DNA of 64,000 nucleotides from Fistulifera solaris (Eukaryota): positions 1,054,001 to 1,118,000 of the forward strand of contig AP026130.1 in NCBI GenBank assembly GCA_030295235.1. Reading direction: 5' to 3'. A model generated the notes under the pieces. The model saw only the letters and a program-made list of their open reading frames with translations. It made no database searches and was not told where the DNA came from. Position 1 is the stretch's first letter. The number at the start of each line of letters is the position of its first letter. Shown here piece after piece: positions 12,110-24,079 of this stretch. The position numbers were made by a program, and so were the translations under genes.

Positions 12110-12302
12110 CCAAACTATAAAGCGACTACTCTACTGTCATATTCAGTCATTTTTTCATTTTCGATCGACCGTTGGTGAGTTTGTTACTTCAAAGGTAATA
12201 GCAAATGTTCGATCACAAACTCATGCAGAGACCGCGGAATTAAGTAGGTAATACTCTAGTTTCGGATGCATTATCAGCAAGCAAACGCAAGAATAATGCG
12301 AT

Positions 12303-13317
12303 TTAACCGAAAACACCAGTCAAAAGAAAGACATCAAGAAGCAAGCAAACAAAAACCATAAAGACGAAAACATGGAAAGCACGCAAATTGCGTTTCCCGA
12401 TAGCAGTTCCTGTCCAAGGGCACCTAATAAAGGAAGCCACCGTCAAAGTTAGATGTTCAAGAAATCCGATTCAGCATATCAATTTTTCAAGACTTACGTA
12501 TGGTCAAAATCTTCCACTACCACGGCCGTGTCGGGATCGTAATACGCTCCAGGAGGACGATACGTCTGAGCTTGATCTGACCACCGCCATGTACTATCCG
12601 GCAGCGTTGCTTGTCTCCTTAAGATTCCAGGGTCACGACAACCCGTAAACGCAAGGGAAACGACGAGAGCGATAGTACAAATCAACCACAGAGCTATTAA
12701 GCCTGACGCAAGACGAAGAACAAGATCCGTGAGAAGTACCATTTTCGGACCATACCTTCAATTTTGTCAATCACATCAAAACCTACCAAGCGACTTTGGA
12801 GCCCCGGTCCTTATGCCACCCCAGAATGCCCAAATTGTGACCACCAATATGAGTGGATAGGTCACAAACACCAACATTGGCCAAAAGGACCCACAACAAT
12901 GTCTAAAGATGGCTTTGAAACTTTGCGTTTTTCAAGAATACCAGTTTCCTCATCCAGAACCTCTTCTTCTACCCAGTGTTGCGACTGCCGAAGAACTGCC
13001 ATATTCCCAACTCGACCGGCTTTAAAAAAGGGGCAAACCTTTGCGGAACAACACAAGCAACCCGAATGATCGGGTTCTATATCAGAGTCACCGTACGCGT
13101 CAGTTGCTTTCAGAGGACGATCCCGTTCATCCAACCAGCTCAATTCTGTGAGACCTACAGCGAAAGGAGATTCTTTCCATCGTTTTAATCGAAGCACGTG
13201 CTTCTCCTTTTGACATTCTTCTTCGAGAGAGAGCGGCGCCAGTTCCGACGACTCATTCTCGTTGTTCTCATCCTCTTGCAAACAAGGTTTTAATATTGGA
13301 GCACGACGATGAGCCAT
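12303..13317 (-). CDS. DHHC-family S-acyltransferase-like protein, DHTC variant, copy 2 (intron 12424-12497; frameshifts at ~12880 and in 12740-12830)
   Basis: Highly similar to copy 1 (SPFAVGLTE, AYGDS....DHSGCLCCS, GRVGNM.VL); FDHT | intron | CPWTGTAIGKRNLRAFHVF...VFG*. Confidence 0.85.
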
Positions 13318-14152
13318 GTTATACGTGAATGCTGATCATGAGAAGAGGAGCAACGAGTGGACGAAAAGAATGAGAATGCAGAGAAAATCTATTATCATTC
13401 GATTATTCACTGCAAATAAAAAATGAAAACAAAATGCGGACGACTATCTCCAAGACTGAAAGTTTGCTTTAGTCGGGAGTCCAGTCACATACACAATTTT
13501 ACGGCATTTGCGAGTTAACGAAAGAAGTTACTCCGGAGTAATCTAGTTTTATTTGAAATGGCAAAGAATAACTGAGTTCCTTGCCTTTCAGCCCACCAAA
13601 TCGTTCATGTACTCTTGACTTTTTATGAAGATTATTGTTAGACTTGTCATCGTCGAGAACTGCCCCGGATGTAGAGCCTATAATGTCTTGGCAATCCGCA
13701 TCTAAACATTGGTAGGGACGGATTGTGTTACGGTTCTGTCATAGAGATAGGAAATAAGCACGCTAAACTCTCAATTTTTATTTTTATTTTATTTTAGCTT
13801 AACGTGTAGGCTAACTTTTCCACGACTGCTTTTCAGTCACGTACGACGATCATTGATTTATTCGTTATTCCTACAGTACCAGGTAAGCTTACGACAAATC
13901 TAAACTATGTTGTGTTCCTTAGAATAATCTACCAATGAATAATGTATACGTAGCTGATGCTGGGGGATAGATATGATAGGTAATGCACACCTGAATTCGA
14001 TTATTTTTCGATGAAACTCGCCCCGGATGCTTCCGGAACAGACCAAGTACTAGGCTTTTAACCATACCATGAACTGCTTCAACAAAAAACGGTTGCTTTA
14101 ACATTACATGTTACACTCCGTGCGACTCAAAACGATGAAAGGCGTGTTTCTC

Positions 14153-16249
14153 TTAGTTCACGGCAGTCGCCTCGGGAATCGATGTGATAATACCCACACC
14201 GCGGACACGTCCATCGCGGAATAACATACGCATTCCTGGTCGTACATACTCGGGACGTTGCGCAAATTCGAAACGAACTTTCGCACGACTTCCGGGGCGC
14301 AACACGATGTGATTTTCTTCGTTAGATGCGTAGTGGCTTCGAGTCACTCCGCCGATGCTGTTGTTAACAATCTCGATACTTTTTGCAAAGGCGCTCTGCC
14401 TGACGTTCAGAATGTGAACGTACGCTTGATACGACCTTCGAATCGTTGTGCCTTCTCCTTTCAAAACACAGATTTCGGCATCGAATTCACGGGTAGAAAA
14501 CGGGTCCTCTTTTAACACGACCATTCCACGACGTAGTTTCTTACGCATCTCTTTGTTTAACGCGAAAGCAAGACACGCCGACTGACCTGCGGTGATGTGT
14601 GTCGTATTGATGCGTGCGATATGTGCGGATTTAGCAACCGTCTTCATGAAACTTCCGTCATCGGTGGGCCCCACATAAACGTTGCAGTTCGATCCTACAT
14701 GCAATTCACCCGCGTTTACGAATCCAGAAACCACAGGACCAACACCAGGAACGTTGAAAATATCTTCCGCCAAAAACTCAAACTTGCGATTGATTTTGTT
14801 CTCGTGTTTACGTCGCTTGGGCAATGAAAAGAGCATTTTCTGCAACAACGTAATGCCCTCGCCAGTAACGCACGACGTCTCAAACATCGGCGCAAGAGTG
14901 TGGAGTTTGTCCATTACTGTGACTACATCCTCTTCATTCCTGATCTTGAACGGCTTTTTCCCAATTTCCGGCGACCGCAGCATTTTTGTAACCTCTTTTC
15001 GACATGTCTCATATGCGTGTTCAGGACAGCCATCAATCTTGGTGAAAACAACGATAACTGGAATACCAAAACTACAACACAGATTCAAATGTTGTTGCGT
15101 CATGTGCGTGGGTGGCTGTCTAGCGTTCACCATGATCAAAGCGTAATCCGCAAAACCCGAGGACACACCATGGATACTGTATCATTATGATCCAAGTCAG
15201 TCAAACAGCAGTACCGCGACACACAAACCAACTCGTCTCACAAAGCTACTTACGTTGTTTTCAAGTACTTCTCGTGCCCCGCAAGATCCATGAGTGTCAC
15301 CGTCTTATACGACTCGCGAGCCACTTCGTCTTCACTTTTCCGCTTGGCTCGTACCGCATCGCGTCCCGTGACCGGTTCTCCCGTCGAACGAAAACCCAAC
15401 AAATGCGTTGTGGCCGTCGAAGTGCGACCACTTTCAATTTCGTGCCGATGTTTCATAATGGCGGTTCGACTCTTTCCACGACCGTCATCCAACGCTGCCG
15501 TAATCAAAGTACCAATGAGAGTCGATTTTCCCGCATCAACATTTCCAACTACTGCCACTCGGATGTTGCGCGCCGACAAGGTCTCCCCAATACTGAACGA
15601 CTCGTCGTTGCTGGTATCCATAGTAGTACTTCCTTGCGATGCGTTCGCCAATTCCGCCACGGATTTCGGCGATGGATCCAACAGATGTGTTTCGACACGA
15701 TGAATCGACAATTCTCCTCGTGTTATGACACCCGGCTCTTTACACAGCATGGGATCTTCTTTGACAACCACTGGATGGCCCGCCGCATCTCCAAAAATGG
15801 GTGCTTCGTACGCCTTGAGCGACGTTCCTACCAATTCCCCCTCCACGACTTCCTTTTGAATCATGATTCGTTCAACCACAATGGCATTGAGTGATCGCGC
15901 GATGCATTCGAGCACCCGCGCCGATTCGGCGACCGATGGATAATCGAGCAGACTGTGACAACCATCATCTTCGACTCCGATATAATAACGACAGGATCCG
16001 CCTCCTTCGTCCATACGAAACGACATTTGTGTGGCTAATGACCGTAGTCGAGCCGTATTGGCTTGATTGACTTGTCGCTTGTATTCGATGGGTCCTTTCT
16101 GGAATGCGGAAATGAGAAACGACGATGAAAGGAATGAATGAATCTTGCACTCCCAGTCTTGCACCTACCTGTTGTTCCGGCGGTACGACAGGGATCGACC
16201 GCCGCATATCATCTCTTGGTACCGATGGTTTATTATTATTTAATGTCAT
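14153..16249 (-). CDS. GTP-binding protein 1/2-like translational GTPase (introns 15177-15253 and 16099-16168)
   Basis: Spliced PPEQQKGPIEYK; VAVVGNVDAGKSTL, RHEIESGRTS, DLAGHEKYLKTTIHG, TKID, SCVTGEG; EF-Tu-like beta-barrel domains ending FRDGRVRGVG. Confidence 0.9.
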
Positions 16250-16844
16250 CTTTTCAACAAGATACCCACACTTCGAGGAAGTGTTGCGGGCCTTCTATTT
16301 TCTTGTACCTTGTGGATGTTGATTCGGTATGTCGTTGTTGACACAGCGACGCTGTAATAATTCTTTCGGAGATTTTGTAGCGCGGGTGCGGGGTTGGCGT
16401 TTTGGATGTTGCGGCTTTATTTTCCCCCGCGCTGACGTGATGGATCCATTTTCGATCGGGACTGCAGGTCATTTCATTCCCGAACGAAGAAATCCGAACA
16501 CGCGGATACGCACACGTCACACTGGTCCTCGGTTTCGGCGAGCGTCGTTGTCGTTGTCAAGCTTGTTTTATTCTATACGAAGCAATACCACTCCGACGTT
16601 TCGTACGTAGGGTCGCTAATGACGTACGAGGCCACTGGCGATTGCACTGTATCTTTCTATACAATGCCAATCGCTGGCGACGGGCCACGCGCAGGTCTGT
16701 TTGCAGCGTGCACGAAGCACGACACCCATTTTTGCTTGCGAAAAGAAAGCGTTCACCCGCAACTAGAACCTTTCTTATACTTGTGAATCCAAATTCATTC
16801 GGTTAGTGATCCTAACACGTGCCAATAAGCGCCCCCACAATATC

Positions 16845-17923
16845 ATGTTGTTCCGATTGACATCCGCATTTCTGAGCGTCCTGTTGCTGGCGCCTTCGGC
16901 GACCGCCTTTACCATCCATCCACAGGCCACAACAACGTTCACTCGATCGGGAAAATTGACGGCCAAGGATGATAAAGCCGAATCCTTTTTACCGAAGAAG
17001 AAGAAAAATCGAAATTCATTACATCGGTCTTTAATAAAGAACTCGCGTTTGATCAAAAGTCGGGTCGTTTTTTTCGAGACGGGTTTTGGCGAAGGTGATT
17101 GCGTCCCCGAGGAAGAGTTTTGTATGGTCGATGACGCATCCGGAACTCCCGTTCGATTGACTGTCGAAGAGAAGGAACGAATTTTCTTGGATGCCCTTCA
17201 GGTGAGTCATACATAAACTGTTGTCATTGAAGCCTGTTTTAGCGCTCATCGTTCGCTCACTTCCTCAACTACCGATAGTCGTACTATGTGTCAGGTCGAC
17301 AGATGTTGTCGGATGCCGAATTCGACAGATTGAAAGAAGATTTAGAATGGAACGGATCGCCTTTGGTGGCAATGAATCAAAAGGAAGTCCGATACATGAC
17401 AGCCATGCAAGAGTACATGAAGGGAACGCCCGTCATGAGTGATGCCGAGTTTGATAAGCTGAAGCAGGAATTGAAAGAAGAAGGATCGCAGTTTGCGGTA
17501 GACACGGAACCAAAATGCTACATTGATACGGGGATTTGCAAAGTGACGTTTCAACAAGACAAATTCCGAAACAATCTTCTCTATCTACCGGCTGGATTAA
17601 TCTTGTTTTTGACCTGGCTCTTCTTCAGCTACGAACTCATCAACCCTCTCATTGCTATCAACCCTGTTATCCTCGCGACGGTTGGATTGCCTTTTATCTA
17701 CAGTGGTTCCAAGGCCGTTACGGAAAACCTCATCTTTACCGACAACAAGGTCCTCTACGGACCGTGCCCGAACTGCAGTTTCGAAAACCGTGTTTACTTT
17801 GGCAACATCTTGGGTGTAGATGGCTTTACGGATGTAGCAAAATGCAAGTGCCCCAATTGCAGAACAGAGTTCAGTGTCTTGAAAAATACGATGCGAGCGA
17901 GCACTATAGTACCTAAAGCTTAA
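16845..17923 (+). CDS. PGRL1: PGR5-like protein 1, plastid-targeted (intron 17202-17278)
   Basis: Signal peptide ending ATA-F; EKERIFLDALQSYY...MLSDAEFDRLKEDL.WNGS; two TMs; GPCPNC..ENRVYFGNILGV and CPNC. Confidence 0.9.
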
Positions 17924-18192
17924 AAAACAACATCCGTCCTTTGCAATGATACAAGAATTGCAAGCTGCGACACTAGCGGACTAACGAAAAATAATTAAAA
18001 TCCCTTGAAAGCAGGAGACCAAATAAATCTTTCTTACTGTGCTCAACCTAGATTAGCGTCATCAACATCCAATTCAAAATGAATCATCTCAAGAGGTTTG
18101 TCACAAGGAGTCAACCTCGCGTGTGTTGACAACAAATAATAATGAAAAGCGGCACACAAACACGTACAAAATAAAATAAAGAGCTTAGCAAC

Positions 18193-18242
18193 ATCATACC
18201 CAAGAAGCACCAGATGAATCATACCCAAGAAGCACCAGATGA
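18193..18242. repeat. 25-bp perfect tandem duplication
   Basis: ATCATACCCAAGAAGCACCAGATGA twice in tandem. Confidence 0.85.
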
Positions 18243-18264
18243 CACATTATTGTGATTTAAATCC

Positions 18265-19233
18265 TTATGTATACACCACGAGAAGAAGTAGCAAAAGCAT
18301 GATTCCAAACAGAACCATAATCGTATACAGTTCGCCATTGTTCTTTGTTTGCAAAAACTTGGATAATTTCCCCATCACCAGTCCTAATTGTTGTTCGGCT
18401 TCATCGAGATCCGACTCCATTTCCGTCAACATTTTATGTTGTTGCCCAATCTCATCATGAATCCCATCGGCCATGCGTCCCACGCGCGTCACGGCGGCAT
18501 CCAATTCATCCAATGTTTCATCCTGATGTTGCATTAACAAAGAAGTCCGCGCCTGAGAATCCAAAATCCGCGTCGTATTTTCGCGTTGCGCCGCATTGGT
18601 GGCACCCAAATCCCCCGCCCGCCGCACCGCCTTGGCGCGTTCGTCTTGCAGCAACTTGGCCTTGACGGCCTCGGATGCACTCTCCTGTTTCGCGCGATGA
18701 ATCCGTCCCGCACTCGTCTCACACAGTGTCCGTCGTTCGTACAATTCAGCATCATGAATGTGGGGAAATTTGTCACGATCGTTGTCGACCAATTGTACCG
18801 TCATTTGCACGTCTTTCAAAGTCGCTTCCGCATGTTTCAAATGTCGTTTCAGTGTTTTCTTGGAACTTTTCATTTCGTATGTATTGACGGATGTATCCTG
18901 ATGCGAGTGAATGAGAAACGTATGAAAAAGAATGACGCAGAAACGAACACGACGTACCGTTTGATGCACGACGCGCAAAAACTCGGCCAGTGCTTCATCG
19001 ACCAGTTCGAGTTGCTGCATTAAATCAGCGCGAAATACAAAATACGGATCTTCCGGTGACTCATCGTGATTCATTCCCGCCGTCAGAGGTTCCGATAAAT
19101 GATCCTGGGAACGCATGCGAAACGATGCACCCGACGCTACCGAGGCGGCCGCAGAACGAAGCGTGCTGGGTCGGAAGGACGAAGAATCAAAATTACTTTT
19201 GCAATTGTTTCCGTTCAGCGATTCGTACGACAT
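18265..19233 (-). CDS. Syntaxin-6/Tlg1/SYP61-like Qc-SNARE (probable in-frame 60-bp intron 18898-18957)
   Basis: EDPYFVFR syntaxin-6 N-domain; SNARE motif QDETLDEL...IHDEIGQQHKML; C-terminal TM. Confidence 0.85.
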   Translation of the reverse strand: MSYESLNGNNCKSNFDSSSFRPSTLRSAAASVASGASFRMRSQDHLSEPLTAGMNHDESPEDPYFVFRADLMQQLELVDEALAEFLRVVHQTVRRVRFCVILFHTFLIHSHQDTSVNTYEMKSSKKTLKRHLKHAEATLKDVQMTVQLVDNDRDKFPHIHDAELYERRTLCETSAGRIHRAKQESASEAVKAKLLQDERAKAVRRAGDLGATNAAQRENTTRILDSQARTSLLMQHQDETLDELDAAVTRVGRMADGIHDEIGQQHKMLTEMESDLDEAEQQLGLVMGKLSKFLQTKNNGELYTIMVLFGIMLLLLLLVVYT

Positions 19234-19538
19234 TTTTACAAGAATATATGTTTCAATTGCTTCACAAGACGAGGAATATGTTCGAGGAAGGGTTTACAAA
19301 CAAGAAGCAAGTGACAACGAAGGCCTCATCATCATTTTTGTGTTTGTTGTTGTGTTGCATTTTATTTTTTTGTGTTTCAAAAAAGGTCGCGTGCCTTTCG
19401 TTTGTAGTGGTTCGGAAGCGTTAATAATAAAACGTGTCGGACGTCAGAGCGGTTCTAATTTAATGTTGCAACGCAAAACACGCAACACACTCGTCGCCAT
19501 TTTCCGTTGAAACGATCGAAGAGATACCACAAACGACC

Positions 19539-20353
19539 ATGATATCCGCCAACAGCGAACAAATCATTCAAGAATGGAACCGCGTCGTCAATGGCATTGA
19601 AGAAGGCAGTGAAGTGGCGTCACTGGACGAAAGTGTTCAAGAAAACGACGAGGTTGCCCGCCATTGGCGGGCGTCACCCTTGCCGTGGGAAAATCCAAAA
19701 TTACGTGGGCCGATGAAGATGTTGGTTGTAGAACGTGCTGTCGTTCGTGTTTTACTGGAAAGAAGAGTGTTGTGTTACAATTCAGTGGTCTCATTTGTGG
19801 AAAATTACCGGTCGGTCGCGTCGGGAATCTCATTGTTTTGAAACAAAGGACGGAAGCCGTTCTCGATGACAATCAACAAAAAATAGGTGAACGACCACGA
19901 CTTTTATGTGTGTTAGGTCCTTACTGGCCCATGATGGCTTTTATTACAATACCGGGTCTGGTTTTGTTTTCTTTTTCGACTTGTTATATGCATGAACTGT
20001 GGAACAGCACCTGGCAGTTTGTTATACTATTGGCGGTCAACACAATTGCCATCGTTTCACTCCTCATGACGGCGTGTTCCGATCCGGGAGTCTTGTATCG
20101 ACACGCCGAACTACCGCCGGGTCACACGGCCGAATCGACCATTTGGATTTGGAGTGATCAAGCCTTGACCTATCGACCACCAAATGCACGATTTGATCCA
20201 GAAACGGGGGTGGTCGTGGCCGACTTTGATCATACGTGCCCCTGGACCGGAACCGCCATTGGAGAAAACAATATTTTGTGGTTTCGTTTCTTTGTTCCCT
20301 TTGCTTTCATCTCGTTGATAACGAACATGGTCATACTCGTTTGGCCCGATTAG
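19539..20353 (+). CDS. DHHC-family S-acyltransferase-like protein, DHTC variant, copy 3 (no intron at the DHTC site; frameshift near 19670-19690)
   Basis: GRVGNLIVL, GPYWP, two TMs, DPGVL, YRPPNARFDPETGVVVADFDHTCPWTGTAIGENN, one TM, stop. Confidence 0.85.
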
Positions 20354-21545
20354 TTCAAACGCGGCGAATGAACAACAGCTGTTCAATTTTGAAAAGACGA
20401 CTAACAAAGCATTGGCGGTGGCCGTTGTTGAGCCTTCTGTAGCGGGATGTACAGATTGTGAAACTCTTGCTTGGAAAAACAGCCTCTACTGTGTGGACGA
20501 TAAGAACGAGAATGAGGAGAAGCTCCAATCTAAACAAGTGATACTTGAGTCTGACATTCACCTGAAACCTTTGACTTGAAAAATATCAGAATATATAGCT
20601 CATTCTAAAAAACACTTGTTTTGGACTGCTAGCTGTATATTCTTGGCACACGTCCGTAAAATTCCTGTAAGCGAACTCCTCAGCTATCATCCTTGTTGCA
20701 CTCCGCTTCGCCCATGTTCGATCCAGTCCTTCTAGTTCTCGGTATCAAACCTTTCTGTGTTCACTCGTTGATCCGACCCGCTTGTTGAAATGGATGACGG
20801 CCACCTTTACGTAGATGATGAAAACGAGATCATGTCCTTGAAAGTTGAGAAGAACGATGACTGTTGATTGAAGTCGTCTTTAATTCGTGCGATCTTTGTC
20901 AGAACAACGGGCACCGGTCGACGCGCATTGACGACACGAGGAAGGAGCGTCAACTTAAGCAGAATTTAACAATGAAATGAACGCCTTTCGCGGCATTTCC
21001 GTCATTATACCGTCTTATTGATGAATAGTGATAATATTTGTCAAGGAAATGTCATGAAATGAAAGGTTTTCAGTCAAAAAATCGACCATTGCAGATGAAT
21101 GAAATGGGTGCAAAAGAATGGGCCAAAAATCATGGGCAACCCCCTTGCATTTTTGAGCAAAAATTCACGGTTTGATACAGTAGCTGTCTAAAGTAGGCAT
21201 ACGACGCATCTAGGTCCAATGAGTAGATTCGTCTTCCGAGCGGTACTTCTGTGTTGCGACATGTCGGAGCGTGTATCAAAAATGTCCCTCAGGACGCACG
21301 GACAGACTGGACCCTCTTTCAGACACTCGCAACCAAATGAGACCGTGACTCATAATCCTTGTACGACATTTTGCATAGTGGCCGCTGTGAAAGAGAAAAC
21401 GAAGCAGAAAAACTGTTTATTGATTTCATTTAGTATACTAGGAGGAACAAAGAATGGTAATGACCTCGTTATTGCTTTGTTGTGATATCAAAGGCGACAT
21501 TATGTTTTGTTGAAGGCATCGCGACAAATGAAACAATTGTGATGA

Positions 21546-22787
21546 TTCATGACTACTGTACGATCTAGTCTTGGCTGGTGTAAACCAACACTCAATTTAA
21601 TAGTAAAAGTTCAACGTGTCGATCCTCGCAACTTTTCCACGTGAAAATAGGAGAAACTTTCAATAAGTAGTTCATAATGATCATTCTTGCGATTTTATTT
21701 ACTACCCGTGATTTTAATTATATTTGCAGTTGAATGACAATAGACGGATGCGAGAGACGCGAAACGGAGCCCTTTGCTGTTCAGTTCATGACTACTGTAC
21801 AATCCAGTCTTGGCTGGCGTAAACCAACACTCAATTTGATAGTAAAAATTCAACGTGTCGATCCTCGCAATTTTTCGTCGTGAAAATTAAAGAATGTAGT
21901 TCACAATCATCATTATTGCGATTTTATTTAAACTACCCATGATTTTAATTGTGTTCGCAGTGGTATGACAATGGACGGATGCGAGAGACGCGAAACGGAG
22001 CCCTTTGCTGTTCAGTTCATGACTACTGTAAAATCCAGTCTTGGCTGGAGTAAACCAACACTCAATTTGATAGTAAAAATTCAAGGTGTCGATCCTCGCA
22101 ATTTTTCGACGTGAAAATAAAGAAGGTACTTCACAATCATCATTCTTGCGATTTTATTTACTACCCGTGATTTTAATTATATTTGCAGTTGAATGACAAT
22201 GGACGGATGCGAGAGACGCGAAACGGAGCCCTTTGCTGTTCAGTTCATGACTACTGTAAAATCCAGTCTTGGCTGGCGTAAACCAACACTCAATTTGATA
22301 GTAAAAATTCAAGGTGTCGATCCTCGCAATTTCTCGACGTGAAAATTAAAGAAGGTAGTTCACAATCATCATTATTGCGACTTTATTTAGACTACCCGTG
22401 ATTTTTAATTGTATTCGCAGTGGAATGACAATAAACGGATGCGAGAGACGTGAAACGGAACCCTTTGCTGTTCAGTTCATGACTACTGTACAATCCAGTC
22501 TTGGCTGGCGTAAACCGACACTCAATTTGATAGTAAAAATTCAAGGTGTCGATCCTCGCAATTTCTCGACGTGAAAATAAAAGAAACATTTATTAAGCAG
22601 TTCGCAATCATCATTCTTGCGATTCTATTTATACTTCTCGTGATTTTAATTATATTTGCAGTGGAATGACAATGGACGGATGCGAGAGACGCGAAACGGA
22701 ACCCTTTGTTGATCGGTTCACGACTACTATACAATCCAGTCTTTGCTGGCGTAAACTAACACTCCGTTTCATAGTGAAGTTTCAAGG
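21546..22787. repeat. Tandem array of ~228-241 bp units (about 5.3 copies)
   Basis: TTCA(T/C)GACTACT.TA.(A/G)ATC.AGTCTT recurs at 21546, 21785, 22016, 22244, 22476, 22717. Confidence 0.92.
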
Positions 22788-22933
22788 ATTCGCACGAAAA
22801 AAAAAATAATGTTTACCTCATCATTTTTTTCATCCGACTTTGGTTGATAAACGTTCGTCTTTTGCTGATCATTGTCTTTTCTTTCTTTCGACTTCCTACA
22901 CACAGTAGAAGACTTTTAGCATAAACAACAAGA

Positions 22934-23678
22934 ATGACAAAACGAATTGCGGTCATTTTCGATTATGATTTTACTTTGATCGATTGCAATTCGGACACGT
23001 ACGTCTTTGAGCAATTATGGCCGTCGCGCCCCGCCGTCGTCCAGGAATTATATGCCGAACAATTCCACCAGTGGACGCGTTCGATGGATCAAGCCTTCGC
23101 TTTGTATTATAACATCATCCGAATGCGAGTCGTAAAACGATTCTTTCCACCGTGGCACAGGTTCCGGTGCAAGAACAAATGTTGGAGGCCATTCAATACT
23201 GCCACACCTTTGCGGATCTATTTATCGTCTCGGATGCGAATACGGATTTTATTCACGCGTTTTTGGAAAAGAAGGAATCCAGCATCTGTTCACGCGTGTT
23301 ATTAGCAATACGCCCACAAATACAAATGGTCGGTTCGGTGTGGCGCCGTATTATAATTTCCTGACACGAGAACCGCACGGCTGCTCGTTGAAATGCCCAC
23401 CGAACATGTGCAAAGGCAGAATTGAAGAAGATGAACTACAAATACTGCAAACGTACGAACGAGTCATTTACTTGGGAGACGGCATGGGAGATTTCTGTCC
23501 GTGTCATCGATTGCGGAAGACAGATTATGTCTTGGCCAGAGCGGATTTTCCGCTGGCCCAGCACATACAAGAGAATCCCATTGCCGCGAACGTTCGCTTA
23601 TGGAAGTCGGGACATGATGTTTATCAGCTGCTTACGACTCTTTTGAAAGAACATGAATCGCGTACCAGTACATCGTGA
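22934..23678 (+). CDS. PHOSPHO1/2-like HAD phosphatase (frameshifted across three ORFs)
   Basis: FDYDFTLIDCNSD (motif I), IVSDAN, CPPNMCKG, IYLGDGMGDFCP. Confidence 0.85.
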
Positions 23679-24079
23679 AATGATAAGTGCGTCGCATCAG
23701 TTCGTGAAAGTACAGTCGTCAGCTCTGGATGACGAGCTTGACAACACAGACCCAACCAAGATACTCCTCTCATGGTTGCTCTGAAACGAAATGTTCATCG
23801 TTTGGAGAATGCTGTGATTCTATCAAATGTCATCTGCCAAACTTGTCGCAACGCAGTCATTACGGAGAAGGGTCATGGTGAAGGACGACGCTCGTATTCG
23901 GCTCTTGCTCAACTAGAGCACTGAACGGAAATATAGCCACAAATGTAACTCTTATTATGCGCAATGTGATGTTTCGAAAAATGCCATGATACTTATTCGG
24001 GATGATCGAGAGATAGGAATGCGCCGCTTGCCAGTCAAAAATTATTGTTAGAGACCTAGCTCAAATTGAATCTAAACTG

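Noticed and set aside
20355..21500. Possible hidden gene or ankyrin fragment (DVQIVKLLL-like string near 20447)
   Set aside because: Short, stop-interrupted and unsupported by further repeats
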